Below, piece after piece: positions 41,683 to 50,855 of a DNA stretch of 64,000 nucleotides. The stretch's first letter is position 1. Every line of letters begins with the position of its first letter. The translations under genes and the position numbers were made by a program. The notes beneath the pieces are model-generated. The model searched no databases, was not told the DNA's origin, and saw only the letters and a program-made list of their open reading frames with translations. The stretch is taken from positions 20,388-84,387 of the forward strand of contig JBMOIO010000001.1 in NCBI GenBank assembly GCA_049317285.1. Reading direction: 5' to 3'. The stretch is from Minisyncoccia bacterium (GTDB lineage Bacteria > Patescibacteriota > Minisyncoccia > Phycocordibacterales > UBA9973).

Positions 41683-43962
41683 TTATTTTGCAACCTTTAC
41701 TGCGTCGTCGAATTTGATCGAAAGGAGTTTTGAAGCAGAGTCGGCTCCGAGAGTAACACCGTAGAGCACGCTTGCACGGGACATTGTTTCGCGGTTGTGG
41801 GTGACGACGATGAGCTGTGCGTATGCGGCCAACAGTTCGATCATGTCGCCGTATCGGCGAGAATTTGCTTCGTCGAGGGCTGCATCAGTTTCGTCCAATA
41901 CCAAAAATGGCGGTGGGTTCACTTGAGAAATAGCAAAGAGAAGTGCAATGGAAACGAGACTGCGCTCCCCGCCTGAGAGCATATGAAGCTCCTTCACTTT
42001 CTTCTCCGGCAGGTTTACATGCACGTCGATTCCACGTTCAAAGAAACGGTCATCCTCTTCGCTCTGCTCAGAGTCTTCGCCTTCGACTACGAATTGTTCG
42101 TCTGCTTTCTTTCGACGCTTCTTTTCAATAGTCACGGAAAGGAATGCGCTCCCCCCGCCAAACATTGTCTTGAAGAATTCTCCAAAGCGCTCATTAATCA
42201 CCGTCACCCCTGTGGTGAACTTCTCATCAAGGAGCTTTTTCAAATCGATAATAAGCGACTCGAGGTTGCGAATACTTGCTTCGATATCGGTCACTTCGCG
42301 AGCAAGGAATTCATCGCGCTCTTTTGTCGCTTCGTATTCTGCCGTTACATCATTACCTATTCCTGAGTGCTCATCAAGGCGAATCTTCAAGCGGTCGATG
42401 CTTCGCTTCATGTCGTGCAAATTCAATTCCGGAAGGGGTTGTGCGGATTGCAGTGCATGAATAAACGATGGCCCGAAAAGAAAGCCGGCTTCCTTGAGCT
42501 CTGCATCAAAATATTCTTTGCGCTCAAGAAATGCGCTTTTAGAAACGGCTAAAATCTGAAGCTCAGCTTCGCATTGGCGGATATCGCTTTGCAATTCGTA
42601 TCGCTTGCGAGTGCTTTCTTGGTTGCCGGTTAAGAGTGCTTCACGCGCAAGCTCAAGCGTGTTGATGCGCGCTACCACCTCGTCTTCCTGTCCCAATAGT
42701 GCGATAAGGTCTTTTTGCAATCCTTCCATTTCAAGGGCAGTGTCTTTCAGCGTATCGTGTGAAAGGCTGTTGTGATTTTCCTGCGGAGCTGGTTTATTCT
42801 CGCGAGTCTTCAAACGGGCAAGCAGGCTTTCAAGCTGGGAGAGTGTTGCGCGCACCGCGTCAACGCTCTCTGCGCTGCGCAAATTATTCAAGAAAAATTC
42901 GATATCGCTCACAAGCTGCCCGTATTCGGTTGCAGCAAAAGAAACGCTTGCGCTCGATACAGGAACAGCAGCCTGCCGTGCAATCATTTGTCGGTGAGCC
43001 TCGAGCATTCCCTCCAATCGGCTGATACGGCTCTCGAGCGCTCTTCGCTTGTCGCGAATTTCTCGCAATGTGTCTGCTAGAGTTGTGCGCTCTGTTGCCG
43101 TTGTGTCGTGCACTGCGCCTTCTTCGGGCAATGTTTCCAACAGTGCGGAGAGGTCAGCATGGCGTGTGCGGATTAATTGCTCCGCACTTCCGATACGTGC
43201 GTCTTCTTCTCCAAGGTGCGCACGCTCTGTTGCGAGATACTGTACAAGAGCATCTTCGAGCTCGACCCTGATTGCACGCCCTTTCTCAACTTTCTCAACT
43301 TGTTTTTGCAAAAATTTCAAATGCGGCACGATTTCTCGGCGCAATGACTGCACTTCTTTGAGCGTATCAAGTGCGCGAGCGAGTTTACTCTCGCTTTCTT
43401 TGATGCGGTAGTGGTATATCTTTAGTCCGAGGGCATCTTCAAGCATTTCGCGGCGGTCCCGCGGGCTTGCGCGCAAAATACCGTCAGCTTCCCCTTGCGA
43501 AATAATATGGTGGCCGGACGAACCGATGTTTACAGACGAAAGCAGTTCTGTCATCTGCTTGAGGCGTATCTCAGCACCATTCATCAAATATTTGCTGGTG
43601 CCATCAGCATAAAGCTCGCGGGTGAATGTCACGCTCTCAAACAATAGCGGCGAGCGCACAGTGCTTTCGGTGCTGCTTGGCGCAAAGGCAAACACTTTGT
43701 CGGAGTTGTCGAAGGTAATGGAAACTGATGCGCGAGAGAGCTTGCTTGTCCCGGTGCCTCCGCGGAAAATAAGGTCCGCCCCGCTTTTCCCGCGCATGCT
43801 TTTCATTGACTGTTCACCGAGTACGAAGCGAAATGCTTCAACGACATTACTCTTCCCTGAACCATTGGGCCCGACAACAGCAGTCACTGGCGCCGTAAAA
43901 GCAAGCGTGCTCTTTTTAGCAAACGACTTGAATCCGGCTATCTCTATGTGCTGCAGACGCAT
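41683..43962 (-). CDS. smc: SMC-family ATPase (short, 759 aa)
   Basis: GFKSFA, GPNGSGKSN, IISQG, LSGGE, LDETDAALD, VTHN motifs flanking coiled coil; adjacent to rnc. Confidence 0.85.
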   Translation of the reverse strand: MRLQHIEIAGFKSFAKKSTLAFTAPVTAVVGPNGSGKSNVVEAFRFVLGEQSMKSMRGKSGADLIFRGGTGTSKLSRASVSITFDNSDKVFAFAPSSTESTVRSPLLFESVTFTRELYADGTSKYLMNGAEIRLKQMTELLSSVNIGSSGHHIISQGEADGILRASPRDRREMLEDALGLKIYHYRIKESESKLARALDTLKEVQSLRREIVPHLKFLQKQVEKVEKGRAIRVELEDALVQYLATERAHLGEEDARIGSAEQLIRTRHADLSALLETLPEEGAVHDTTATERTTLADTLREIRDKRRALESRISRLEGMLEAHRQMIARQAAVPVSSASVSFAATEYGQLVSDIEFFLNNLRSAESVDAVRATLSQLESLLARLKTRENKPAPQENHNSLSHDTLKDTALEMEGLQKDLIALLGQEDEVVARINTLELAREALLTGNQESTRKRYELQSDIRQCEAELQILAVSKSAFLERKEYFDAELKEAGFLFGPSFIHALQSAQPLPELNLHDMKRSIDRLKIRLDEHSGIGNDVTAEYEATKERDEFLAREVTDIEASIRNLESLIIDLKKLLDEKFTTGVTVINERFGEFFKTMFGGGSAFLSVTIEKKRRKKADEQFVVEGEDSEQSEEDDRFFERGIDVHVNLPEKKVKELHMLSGGERSLVSIALLFAISQVNPPPFLVLDETDAALDEANSRRYGDMIELLAAYAQLIVVTHNRETMSRASVLYGVTLGADSASKLLSIKFDDAVKVAK

Positions 43963-44099
43963 GCAAAGAGTATACCACCCGCTCCTTCTTATCTAAATCC
44001 CTTACAGGTGTCCTATACTCAAAAATAAGCGATAGCATATTTTTGAGTATTACAAAAAACAACTCCTCAGTATGCAGTGAGGAGTTGTTTTTATTTTTA

Positions 44100-44792
44100 T
44101 TATGCCCAGCCTTTTGCGACGAGTGCTGCTTGTGCTGCGGCTTGCTGTCCTTCTTGTTTACTTCGGCCTTTGCCTTCAGCGATTTTTTTGTCCCCGAAGA
44201 AAATGGCAATGGTAAAGTGCTTGTCGTGGTCCGGACCACTCTCGGACACAACAGTGTATGACGGTGTCACACCCACGCGCTCCTGCGCTTCTTCCTGCAC
44301 CTGACTCTTTGGATCTTTCCAACTTTTCAGTTTGATAATTTCTTCAAGTCGCGGAAGAAGTGTGTTAGTAACAAAGGTGTTGCACACTTCATAGCCCTGA
44401 TCGAGATAGAGTGCGCCGACAAATGACTCGTACGTGTTCGCAAGGATCGTTTGACGTGCGCGGCCAGTGTCTTTTGTTTCACCTTTCGAAAGAAGCAAGT
44501 AATCGTTCATTTTAATCACGCCTGCAACTTCGCCCATGATGACGGCATTCACCAGTGCGCTTCGATATGCAGTGAGCTCGCCTTCGGCTGAGTTTGGATA
44601 TGCGCGGAACAAATAATCGGTAACGATCAATTCGATCACGGCATCGCCAAGAAACTCAAAGCGTTCATTGTGCTCAAGTCCGCTTTTCGGATTTTCATTG
44701 ATAAAAGAACGGTGTGTGAATGCACGCGCAAGCAGTGCCTTATCGGTAAAACTGATGCCGAGCGACTGTTCAAAAGGAGTAAAATCTATCAT
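44100..44792 (-). CDS. rnc: ribonuclease III
   Basis: NERFEFLGDAV, ESFVGALYLD and dsRBD (GPDHDKHF) motifs. Confidence 0.96.
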   Translation of the reverse strand: MIDFTPFEQSLGISFTDKALLARAFTHRSFINENPKSGLEHNERFEFLGDAVIELIVTDYLFRAYPNSAEGELTAYRSALVNAVIMGEVAGVIKMNDYLLLSKGETKDTGRARQTILANTYESFVGALYLDQGYEVCNTFVTNTLLPRLEEIIKLKSWKDPKSQVQEEAQERVGVTPSYTVVSESGPDHDKHFTIAIFFGDKKIAEGKGRSKQEGQQAAAQAALVAKGWA

Positions 44793-44864
44793 ATATTTAG
44801 AGGATGGAAAGTGGAAAGTGGAATGTAGTGGGCCAACAGCCTTCTACGCTCTACTTTCTACTCT

Positions 44865-45770
44865 CTAATTTGGTTTGGTAATCTTTTCGATCGCCTTGGC
44901 GATCAGTGGCAATATATCATCATATATCGTCAGGTCAACTACCTCGTGGAGTTGGAACCATGCGGCGCGGTCAAGCCCGCCGTTTGAATGCATGTCGAGT
45001 TCTTGGTATTTTGCTTCCGCTAAATAGAAGGTAACCACCTTTCGGATCTTCCCTTTTTCAGGGTGGGATGCGACATAGTCGATAGAGCCAATCTCGGGAC
45101 CGAGCTCAACCTCGATACCAAGCTTCTCTTCAATCTCGCGCTTGCCGGCGATTTCATTTGTTTCTCCTTCTTCAAGTCCACCCTTTGGAAGCGTCCAGTA
45201 TCCAAACACATCGTGCACGAGTGCAACATAGTCCACGCCGTCATGTCGCGCGTGCACAATGCCTCCGGCCTTTGCTTCAACAACAAGCGTGCTTGGGTCT
45301 ACCGGCTCTTCAACTTTTTTTCCGCGCGGCACACTTGCCTGCTCTTTGCCCGGCTCGCCAATCTCTTTATAGACCGCCCCAAGCACGCCATTGACGAACT
45401 TTCCGGAGTTTTCTCCGCCAAATGTTTTTGCAAGCTCAATCGCTTCGTTGATCGCAACCTTTGGAGGAACCTGTTCGCGGTCGCCAAACAATAATTCCGC
45501 AAGCCCCATGCGAAGGACATTGCGGTCAACATTAGAAATTTTTTCGAGTGGCCACTCGGGAGCGGCCTTCATGATGATGTCGTCAATGACTGTCTGCTTG
45601 CGCTGGACTGTCTCTGCGAGTTCGTAGATAAATGCAGTATCGTTATGCCCCGGAGCGAACTCCGCAATGTCGCGATCAATCACCGCCTTAAGTTCCTCTG
45701 GTTGGCCAGAGAAATCCCATTCGAACAGTGATTGAAGAACAATTGACCTCGAGAGGTGGCGGTTTGCCAT
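44865..45770 (-). CDS. nusB: NusB fused to a C-terminal NUDIX domain
   Basis: DRNVLR..P.KVAINEAIELAK.FG...SGKFVNGVL, then WTLPKGGLEEGETNEIAGKREIEE. Confidence 0.9.
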   Translation of the reverse strand: MANRHLSRSIVLQSLFEWDFSGQPEELKAVIDRDIAEFAPGHNDTAFIYELAETVQRKQTVIDDIIMKAAPEWPLEKISNVDRNVLRMGLAELLFGDREQVPPKVAINEAIELAKTFGGENSGKFVNGVLGAVYKEIGEPGKEQASVPRGKKVEEPVDPSTLVVEAKAGGIVHARHDGVDYVALVHDVFGYWTLPKGGLEEGETNEIAGKREIEEKLGIEVELGPEIGSIDYVASHPEKGKIRKVVTFYLAEAKYQELDMHSNGGLDRAAWFQLHEVVDLTIYDDILPLIAKAIEKITKPN

Positions 45771-45785
45771 GGATACTATTATATA

Positions 45786-45992
45786 CTACTTATCCTTTTT
45801 AGCTTGCTTTTTTTGCACAGCTTTTACTGGATCGCCAATAACTGACTTTCCCTTGTACATGCCGTCGAGACTTGCGCGGTGACGGATGTGCAGTGTGCCA
45901 TCATTGTCTTTAGAAAGCGCTGGGTCTTTTAGGGCATGGTGGCTGCGGCGATTTGCCGTATGCGCACGTGTGTGTCTCATTCGAACTACCAT
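45786..45992 (-). CDS. rpmF: 50S ribosomal protein L32 (Cys-free)
   Basis: MVVRMRHTRAHTANRRSHHAL...HIRHRA...GMYKG; position upstream of nusB-rnc. Confidence 0.8.
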   Translation of the reverse strand: MVVRMRHTRAHTANRRSHHALKDPALSKDNDGTLHIRHRASLDGMYKGKSVIGDPVKAVQKKQAKKDK

Positions 45993-46050
45993 AATGGACT
46001 CATCATACCCTATTTCTCCAAATATGCAAATAAAAAAGCCTACCGGGGCA

Positions 46051-46632
46051 TTATGCGGCGGTAGGCTCATACTTTTTTCTGAAAGCGAATCTTTTTATCA
46101 ATTGTGGTTCTTTTTTCATTGCTTCCTGGACTAAGTCCAAAATCCAATGGTGACCTTCCCATAAATGATGCCGTATCATCGACTGCGGTATCCATAAAGG
46201 GATACCTGTTTTTCCATCCGACGGCGGATTTTTATGGATGTTTGTATCATCATAGTCATAAATCCAGTATGCATGCTGCAAGTGGACTCCAGCAACCTTT
46301 TCATGGTGCGGTCTTTGCCTGTAGCCAAGATCCTTTGTTTGACGGACCTTCATCCCAGTCTCCTCCATTAACTCACGAATCATTGTACCGATAGGCTCTT
46401 CCAAATAATGCATTTCGATAACCAACTCTTTGTTTTCCGGCAACCACAATTGATGCAGCTTTGGGACACACCAGTACTCATACTCATTAATATCAAGGTT
46501 AAACCGGGTAGCAATCCCCATCGATGCAGAGGTGCCTGTATTGTCGGCATTCTCTCCTCCGGGAACCACTATCATGTTTTTGTTTTGCTTATGACTCCAC
46601 AACTGACTCGCTATTTTTGATAAATAGTTCAT
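46051..46632 (-). CDS. divergent NUDIX-like protein
   Basis: VPGG...TMIRELMEETGM, a Nudix box interrupted by an insertion. Confidence 0.5.
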   Translation of the reverse strand: MNYLSKIASQLWSHKQNKNMIVVPGGENADNTGTSASMGIATRFNLDINEYEYWCVPKLHQLWLPENKELVIEMHYLEEPIGTMIRELMEETGMKVRQTKDLGYRQRPHHEKVAGVHLQHAYWIYDYDDTNIHKNPPSDGKTGIPLWIPQSMIRHHLWEGHHWILDLVQEAMKKEPQLIKRFAFRKKYEPTAA

Positions 46633-46732
46633 CGTATCTGTTTTTAAAATGTACGTATTATTCTCATAATACCAAACAATACACAATATGTCAATAATGG
46701 GAGAAAAGGCAGTAAAATGCTATAGTTTTTCC

Positions 46733-48478
46733 ATGTCACACAACATCGAACACACCCGCCACTCCCTCGCCCACCTCCTTGGTGCGGCCATTTTAGAGCT
46801 CTATCCTGACGCGCAATTGACGCTTGGACCTGCAGTCGACGACGGCTTTTATTACGATACAAAGTTTTCAAATGCCATTGGCACCAATGAATTGCCTGCG
46901 ATTGAAGCGAAGATGCGCGAGCTTCTCCCTACCTGGACTAGTGTTACCCACAAAGAGCTCAGTAAAGAAGAAGCGCTCGAATACTTTAAAGGAAACCAAT
47001 TTAAAGAAGAATTGATAAACGAAATCGCTGAGAAAGGCGAAGTTATTACTCTCTATACTATGGGCAACTTTACTGACCTCTGCCGAGGAGGACACACAGA
47101 TGACTTAAGTGGTATTGATCCAGCTTCATTCAAACTCGACCGTGTTGCCGGAGCATACTGGCGCGGGAGCGAGCACAACCCGATGCTCACCCGTATCTAC
47201 GGCCTTGCCTTCTCTACTAAAGAAGCACTGGAGAAGCACGAGTGGCAACTCGAAGAAGGAAAAAAGCGTGATCACCGAAAACTCGGGCGTGAATTAAAGC
47301 TCTTTACCATTTCAGATTTGGTCGGAGCGGGCCTTCCTCTCTTTCAGCCCAACGGTATGATTATTAGAAAAGCAGTCGAGGACTACTTATGGGAATTGCA
47401 CAACGATAAAGGATACGACCGAGTATGGACACCACATCTTGCAAAAGAAAGCCTCTATGAAGTCTCTGGGCACGCCGGCCACTATATGGACGACATGTTT
47501 GCCGTAAAGGGTGGGAGCTCCAAAGAAGATTTTTATGTAAAGCCGATGAACTGCCCACACCACATGCAGATTTTTGCAGACAACCAGTTCTCCTACCGCG
47601 ATATGCCAGTGCGCTACTTTGAACCAGCCACCGTGTATCGCGATGAAAAGACCGGCCAGCTTGGCGGACTTACCCGTGTGCGCTCTATCACCCAAGATGA
47701 TGGGCACTTGTTCTGCCGTGCCACACAGATTGGGGACGAAATAAAAACAATCGTTTCAATCATCAAGTCATTTTATACAACAATGGGAATGATCGAAGGG
47801 TATTGGGTGCGCCTCTCGCTTCGCGGAGACGATACTTCTAAATACCTCGGAAGCGACGAAGTATGGAACATGGCAGAAACTGCACTGACTGAAGTATGTA
47901 TCGATGAGAACCTCCCTTACACTCCCGCAAAAGATGAAGCGGCATTCTACGGACCAAAGCTCGACTTTATGTTCAAAGACGCTATCGGGCGCGAATGGCA
48001 GCTCGCAACAATTCAGTGTGACTTTAATCTACCAGAGCGGTTCGATCTTTCGTTTACCAACGAAAAGGGTGAAAAAGAACGCCCTGTAGTGATTCACCGC
48101 GCAATCTCAGGCTCGCTTGAGCGCTTTATGGGCGTCATGATTGAGCACTTTGCAGGAGCATTCCCAACCTGGCTCGCACCCACTCAAGTTGCGATTATTC
48201 CTGTTGCCGAAGCGCATGCTGACTACGCGCAAACAGTTTTACGCACACTTCGCGCGCAAAACATTCGCGCAACACTACTCCTCGACGACAGCCTCGGCAA
48301 GCGCATCCGCTCTGCAAAGACTGAAAAGATCCCGTACCAAATTATCATCGGGAACAAAGAAATAGAGAGTAATACCCTTACTGTTGAAGGGCGAAATGAA
48401 TTGAAGCTTGAGAATATTTCAACAGAGGACTTTACTGCTCGTGTGGTTTCTGAAATAAAAGACCGAAAGGATATATAA
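46733..48478 (+). CDS. thrS: threonine--tRNA ligase
   Basis: RHSLAH, DLCRGGH, RDHRKLG, KPMNCP, AFYGPKLD, IHRAI.GS.ERF motifs. Confidence 0.96.
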   Translation: MSHNIEHTRHSLAHLLGAAILELYPDAQLTLGPAVDDGFYYDTKFSNAIGTNELPAIEAKMRELLPTWTSVTHKELSKEEALEYFKGNQFKEELINEIAEKGEVITLYTMGNFTDLCRGGHTDDLSGIDPASFKLDRVAGAYWRGSEHNPMLTRIYGLAFSTKEALEKHEWQLEEGKKRDHRKLGRELKLFTISDLVGAGLPLFQPNGMIIRKAVEDYLWELHNDKGYDRVWTPHLAKESLYEVSGHAGHYMDDMFAVKGGSSKEDFYVKPMNCPHHMQIFADNQFSYRDMPVRYFEPATVYRDEKTGQLGGLTRVRSITQDDGHLFCRATQIGDEIKTIVSIIKSFYTTMGMIEGYWVRLSLRGDDTSKYLGSDEVWNMAETALTEVCIDENLPYTPAKDEAAFYGPKLDFMFKDAIGREWQLATIQCDFNLPERFDLSFTNEKGEKERPVVIHRAISGSLERFMGVMIEHFAGAFPTWLAPTQVAIIPVAEAHADYAQTVLRTLRAQNIRATLLLDDSLGKRIRSAKTEKIPYQIIIGNKEIESNTLTVEGRNELKLENISTEDFTARVVSEIKDRKDI

Positions 48479-48485
48479 TACCTCT

Positions 48486-48674
48486 ATGGAAAACAATAAC
48501 ACCTACAACCTCATGACCCAGCTGACCCAAGAATCAAAAAGCCTCTGGCGCATTAAGAACAATTATCTCCCTGAAGCGGATACTGAAGAAGTAAAAGCAT
48601 TCTGGACAGCCCTCATGGAAGACAAAGAAAAGCACATCAAAGAACTCCGTGCATTGATAAAAAACTCTCTCTAA
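48486..48674 (+). CDS. small helical (ferritin-like hairpin) protein
   Basis: YNLMTQLTQESKSLWRI...YLPEA...EDKEKHI; follows thrS. Confidence 0.55.
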   Translation: MENNNTYNLMTQLTQESKSLWRIKNNYLPEADTEEVKAFWTALMEDKEKHIKELRALIKNSL

Positions 48675-48703
48675 TATAAAAACTCCCACTGATGTGGGAG
48701 TTT

Positions 48704-50782
48704 TTAAATATCGAGATTCGCAAGTTTTGCGTTGGATTGAATAAAGCTTTTTCGAGGAGCAACTTCGCTCCCCATCAGGACATCAAAGATAGTATCAGCC
48801 TCAACAGCGTCGTCGATAGTGATTTGTTTCATCACGCGACGAGCAGGGTCCATGGTAGTTTCCCATAGTTCGTCGGAATTCATTTCACCCAAACCTTTAT
48901 ATCGCTGAATAGAGATTTTTGTCGCGCGCTTCTTCTTTGTTTCTTCGCCTTCTCCCTCCTCTTCTTCTTCAGACATTGCTTCTTCTCCTTCTTCCAGTAC
49001 AACTTCCGGTGCTACTCCTCCGATACTCTTAAGCACTGCTTCTTTTTCAGTATCGTTGTATGCATAAAAAAGCTCTTTTCCTTTTTTGATCTTATAGAGT
49101 GGCGGCTGTGCAATATACACATACCCCGCATCAATAACAGCACGGAAATAGCGGTAAAAGAGCGTGAGAATAAGGGTGCGGATGTGTCCACCGTCGGTAT
49201 CCGCGTCCGTTGCAAGCACGATTTTATGGTAGCGCATCTTTTCAAGATCAAACGTGTCTCCGATAGAAGTTCCCATCGCAATCACCAGGTTCTTAATCTC
49301 CTGGCTCCCGAGCATACGGTCAAGACGCGCTCGCTCAACATTCAAAATTTTTCCGCGAAGTGGAAGGATTGCCTGGGTTCGGCGATCACGCCCCATCTTT
49401 GCAGTACCCCCCGCGGAGTCCCCCTCAACAATAAAGAGTTCGCTCTCGGAAGCGTCCTTAGTCTGGCAGTCAGCGAGCTTCCCTGGAAGAGTCATCCCTT
49501 CGAGTGCACCCTTGCGGAGAATATTATCTTTTGCAGCTTTTGCAGCTTTTCGTGATCGAAGTGCCAAAAGCCCTTTCATAATGATTGCCTTTGCCTGGTC
49601 GGGATTTTCCTCCAAGAAAGTGGAGAATGCGTCGCCAAACACGCTCGTAGTTGCGCCCTGCGCTTCCATTGAGCCGAGCTTTGCTTTTGTCTGGCCCTCA
49701 AACTGAATCTCGGCAAGCTTTACAGAAACCACGACAGTGATTCCTTCTAGGACATCGTCTCCAGTAAAAGGACCGTCTGCATCTTTGATAAGATTGTTTT
49801 TCTTGCCGTAGGTATTAAGGACACGAGTGAGTGCAGTTTTAAAACCGGTAATATGCGTTCCGCCTTCAGAGTTGTAAATATTGTTTGCAAACGGCACGAT
49901 ACGCGCACTGATATCGTCAACATACTGAAGCGCGACTTCAACACCAACACCGTCGACATCTTTTTCACAGTAAAATACCGTGTCGTGAATCGACTTTTGG
50001 TGTTGGTTGTAGTGGCGCACCATGGACTGGATTCCTCCTTCAAAATAGTAGGTGATAGAAGGCGCTTCAACAGCAAGTTCGGAGAACCAAAATGCTTTTG
50101 TTGCATCAAATGACTCTTCCGCATTTCGCGCATCGATAATAGTGACACGCAATTTTTTGACAAGGTATGCCTGCTGACGAAGGTGGTCAACAATTGTTTT
50201 CCAATCAAACACAATCCCTTCTTTAAAAATAGTCGGGTCCGGCTGAAAGGTAATGATTGTTCCGTTCATTTTTGTGGTGCCGATTTTCTTTACTGCCGCC
50301 TTCTTATTCCCTTGCGAATATTCCTGTACCCAAATAGCACCTTCTTTGTGCACTTCTGCGCGTGTATAGTCAGAGAGCGCATTTACTACTGATGCACCGA
50401 CACCATGAAGCCCTCCGGACACCTTGTACCCTGACTCGTCTCCACCAAATTTTCCTCCGGCATGGAGTGTAGTCATCACCGTTTCAAGCGCTGACACTTT
50501 TGTTTTTGGATGAATACCTACTGGAATACCTCGACCATTGTCGACAACGCGCACCTGATTGTTTGGCAAGAGCGTTAACTCAACATGGTCGGCAAAACCA
50601 CCCATCGCTTCGTCGCGTGAGTTGTCAAAAATTTCCCATACCAGATGATGAAGTCCGGTCGGCCCCGTAGAGCCGATATACATTCCGGGACGGCGGCGCA
50701 CCGGTTCAAGCCCCTCAAGGACTGAGATTTGTTCTGGGCCGTAGCTTCCCCCTTTCTTTTTTTCAGCTTCAGATTTTGCCAT
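48704..50782 (-). CDS. gyrB: DNA gyrase subunit B
   Basis: RPGMYIG, DNGRGIP, SGGLHGVG, EGDSAGG, PLRGK, RYKGLGEM motifs. Confidence 0.97.
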   Translation of the reverse strand: MAKSEAEKKKGGSYGPEQISVLEGLEPVRRRPGMYIGSTGPTGLHHLVWEIFDNSRDEAMGGFADHVELTLLPNNQVRVVDNGRGIPVGIHPKTKVSALETVMTTLHAGGKFGGDESGYKVSGGLHGVGASVVNALSDYTRAEVHKEGAIWVQEYSQGNKKAAVKKIGTTKMNGTIITFQPDPTIFKEGIVFDWKTIVDHLRQQAYLVKKLRVTIIDARNAEESFDATKAFWFSELAVEAPSITYYFEGGIQSMVRHYNQHQKSIHDTVFYCEKDVDGVGVEVALQYVDDISARIVPFANNIYNSEGGTHITGFKTALTRVLNTYGKKNNLIKDADGPFTGDDVLEGITVVVSVKLAEIQFEGQTKAKLGSMEAQGATTSVFGDAFSTFLEENPDQAKAIIMKGLLALRSRKAAKAAKDNILRKGALEGMTLPGKLADCQTKDASESELFIVEGDSAGGTAKMGRDRRTQAILPLRGKILNVERARLDRMLGSQEIKNLVIAMGTSIGDTFDLEKMRYHKIVLATDADTDGGHIRTLILTLFYRYFRAVIDAGYVYIAQPPLYKIKKGKELFYAYNDTEKEAVLKSIGGVAPEVVLEEGEEAMSEEEEEGEGEETKKKRATKISIQRYKGLGEMNSDELWETTMDPARRVMKQITIDDAVEADTIFDVLMGSEVAPRKSFIQSNAKLANLDI

Positions 50783-50855
50783 TTACTTGATACAGTATAG
50801 CATTTTTTTGCACTAAGAGCGAGCTTGCCAAATAACCCTTTTATTCACTAATACA

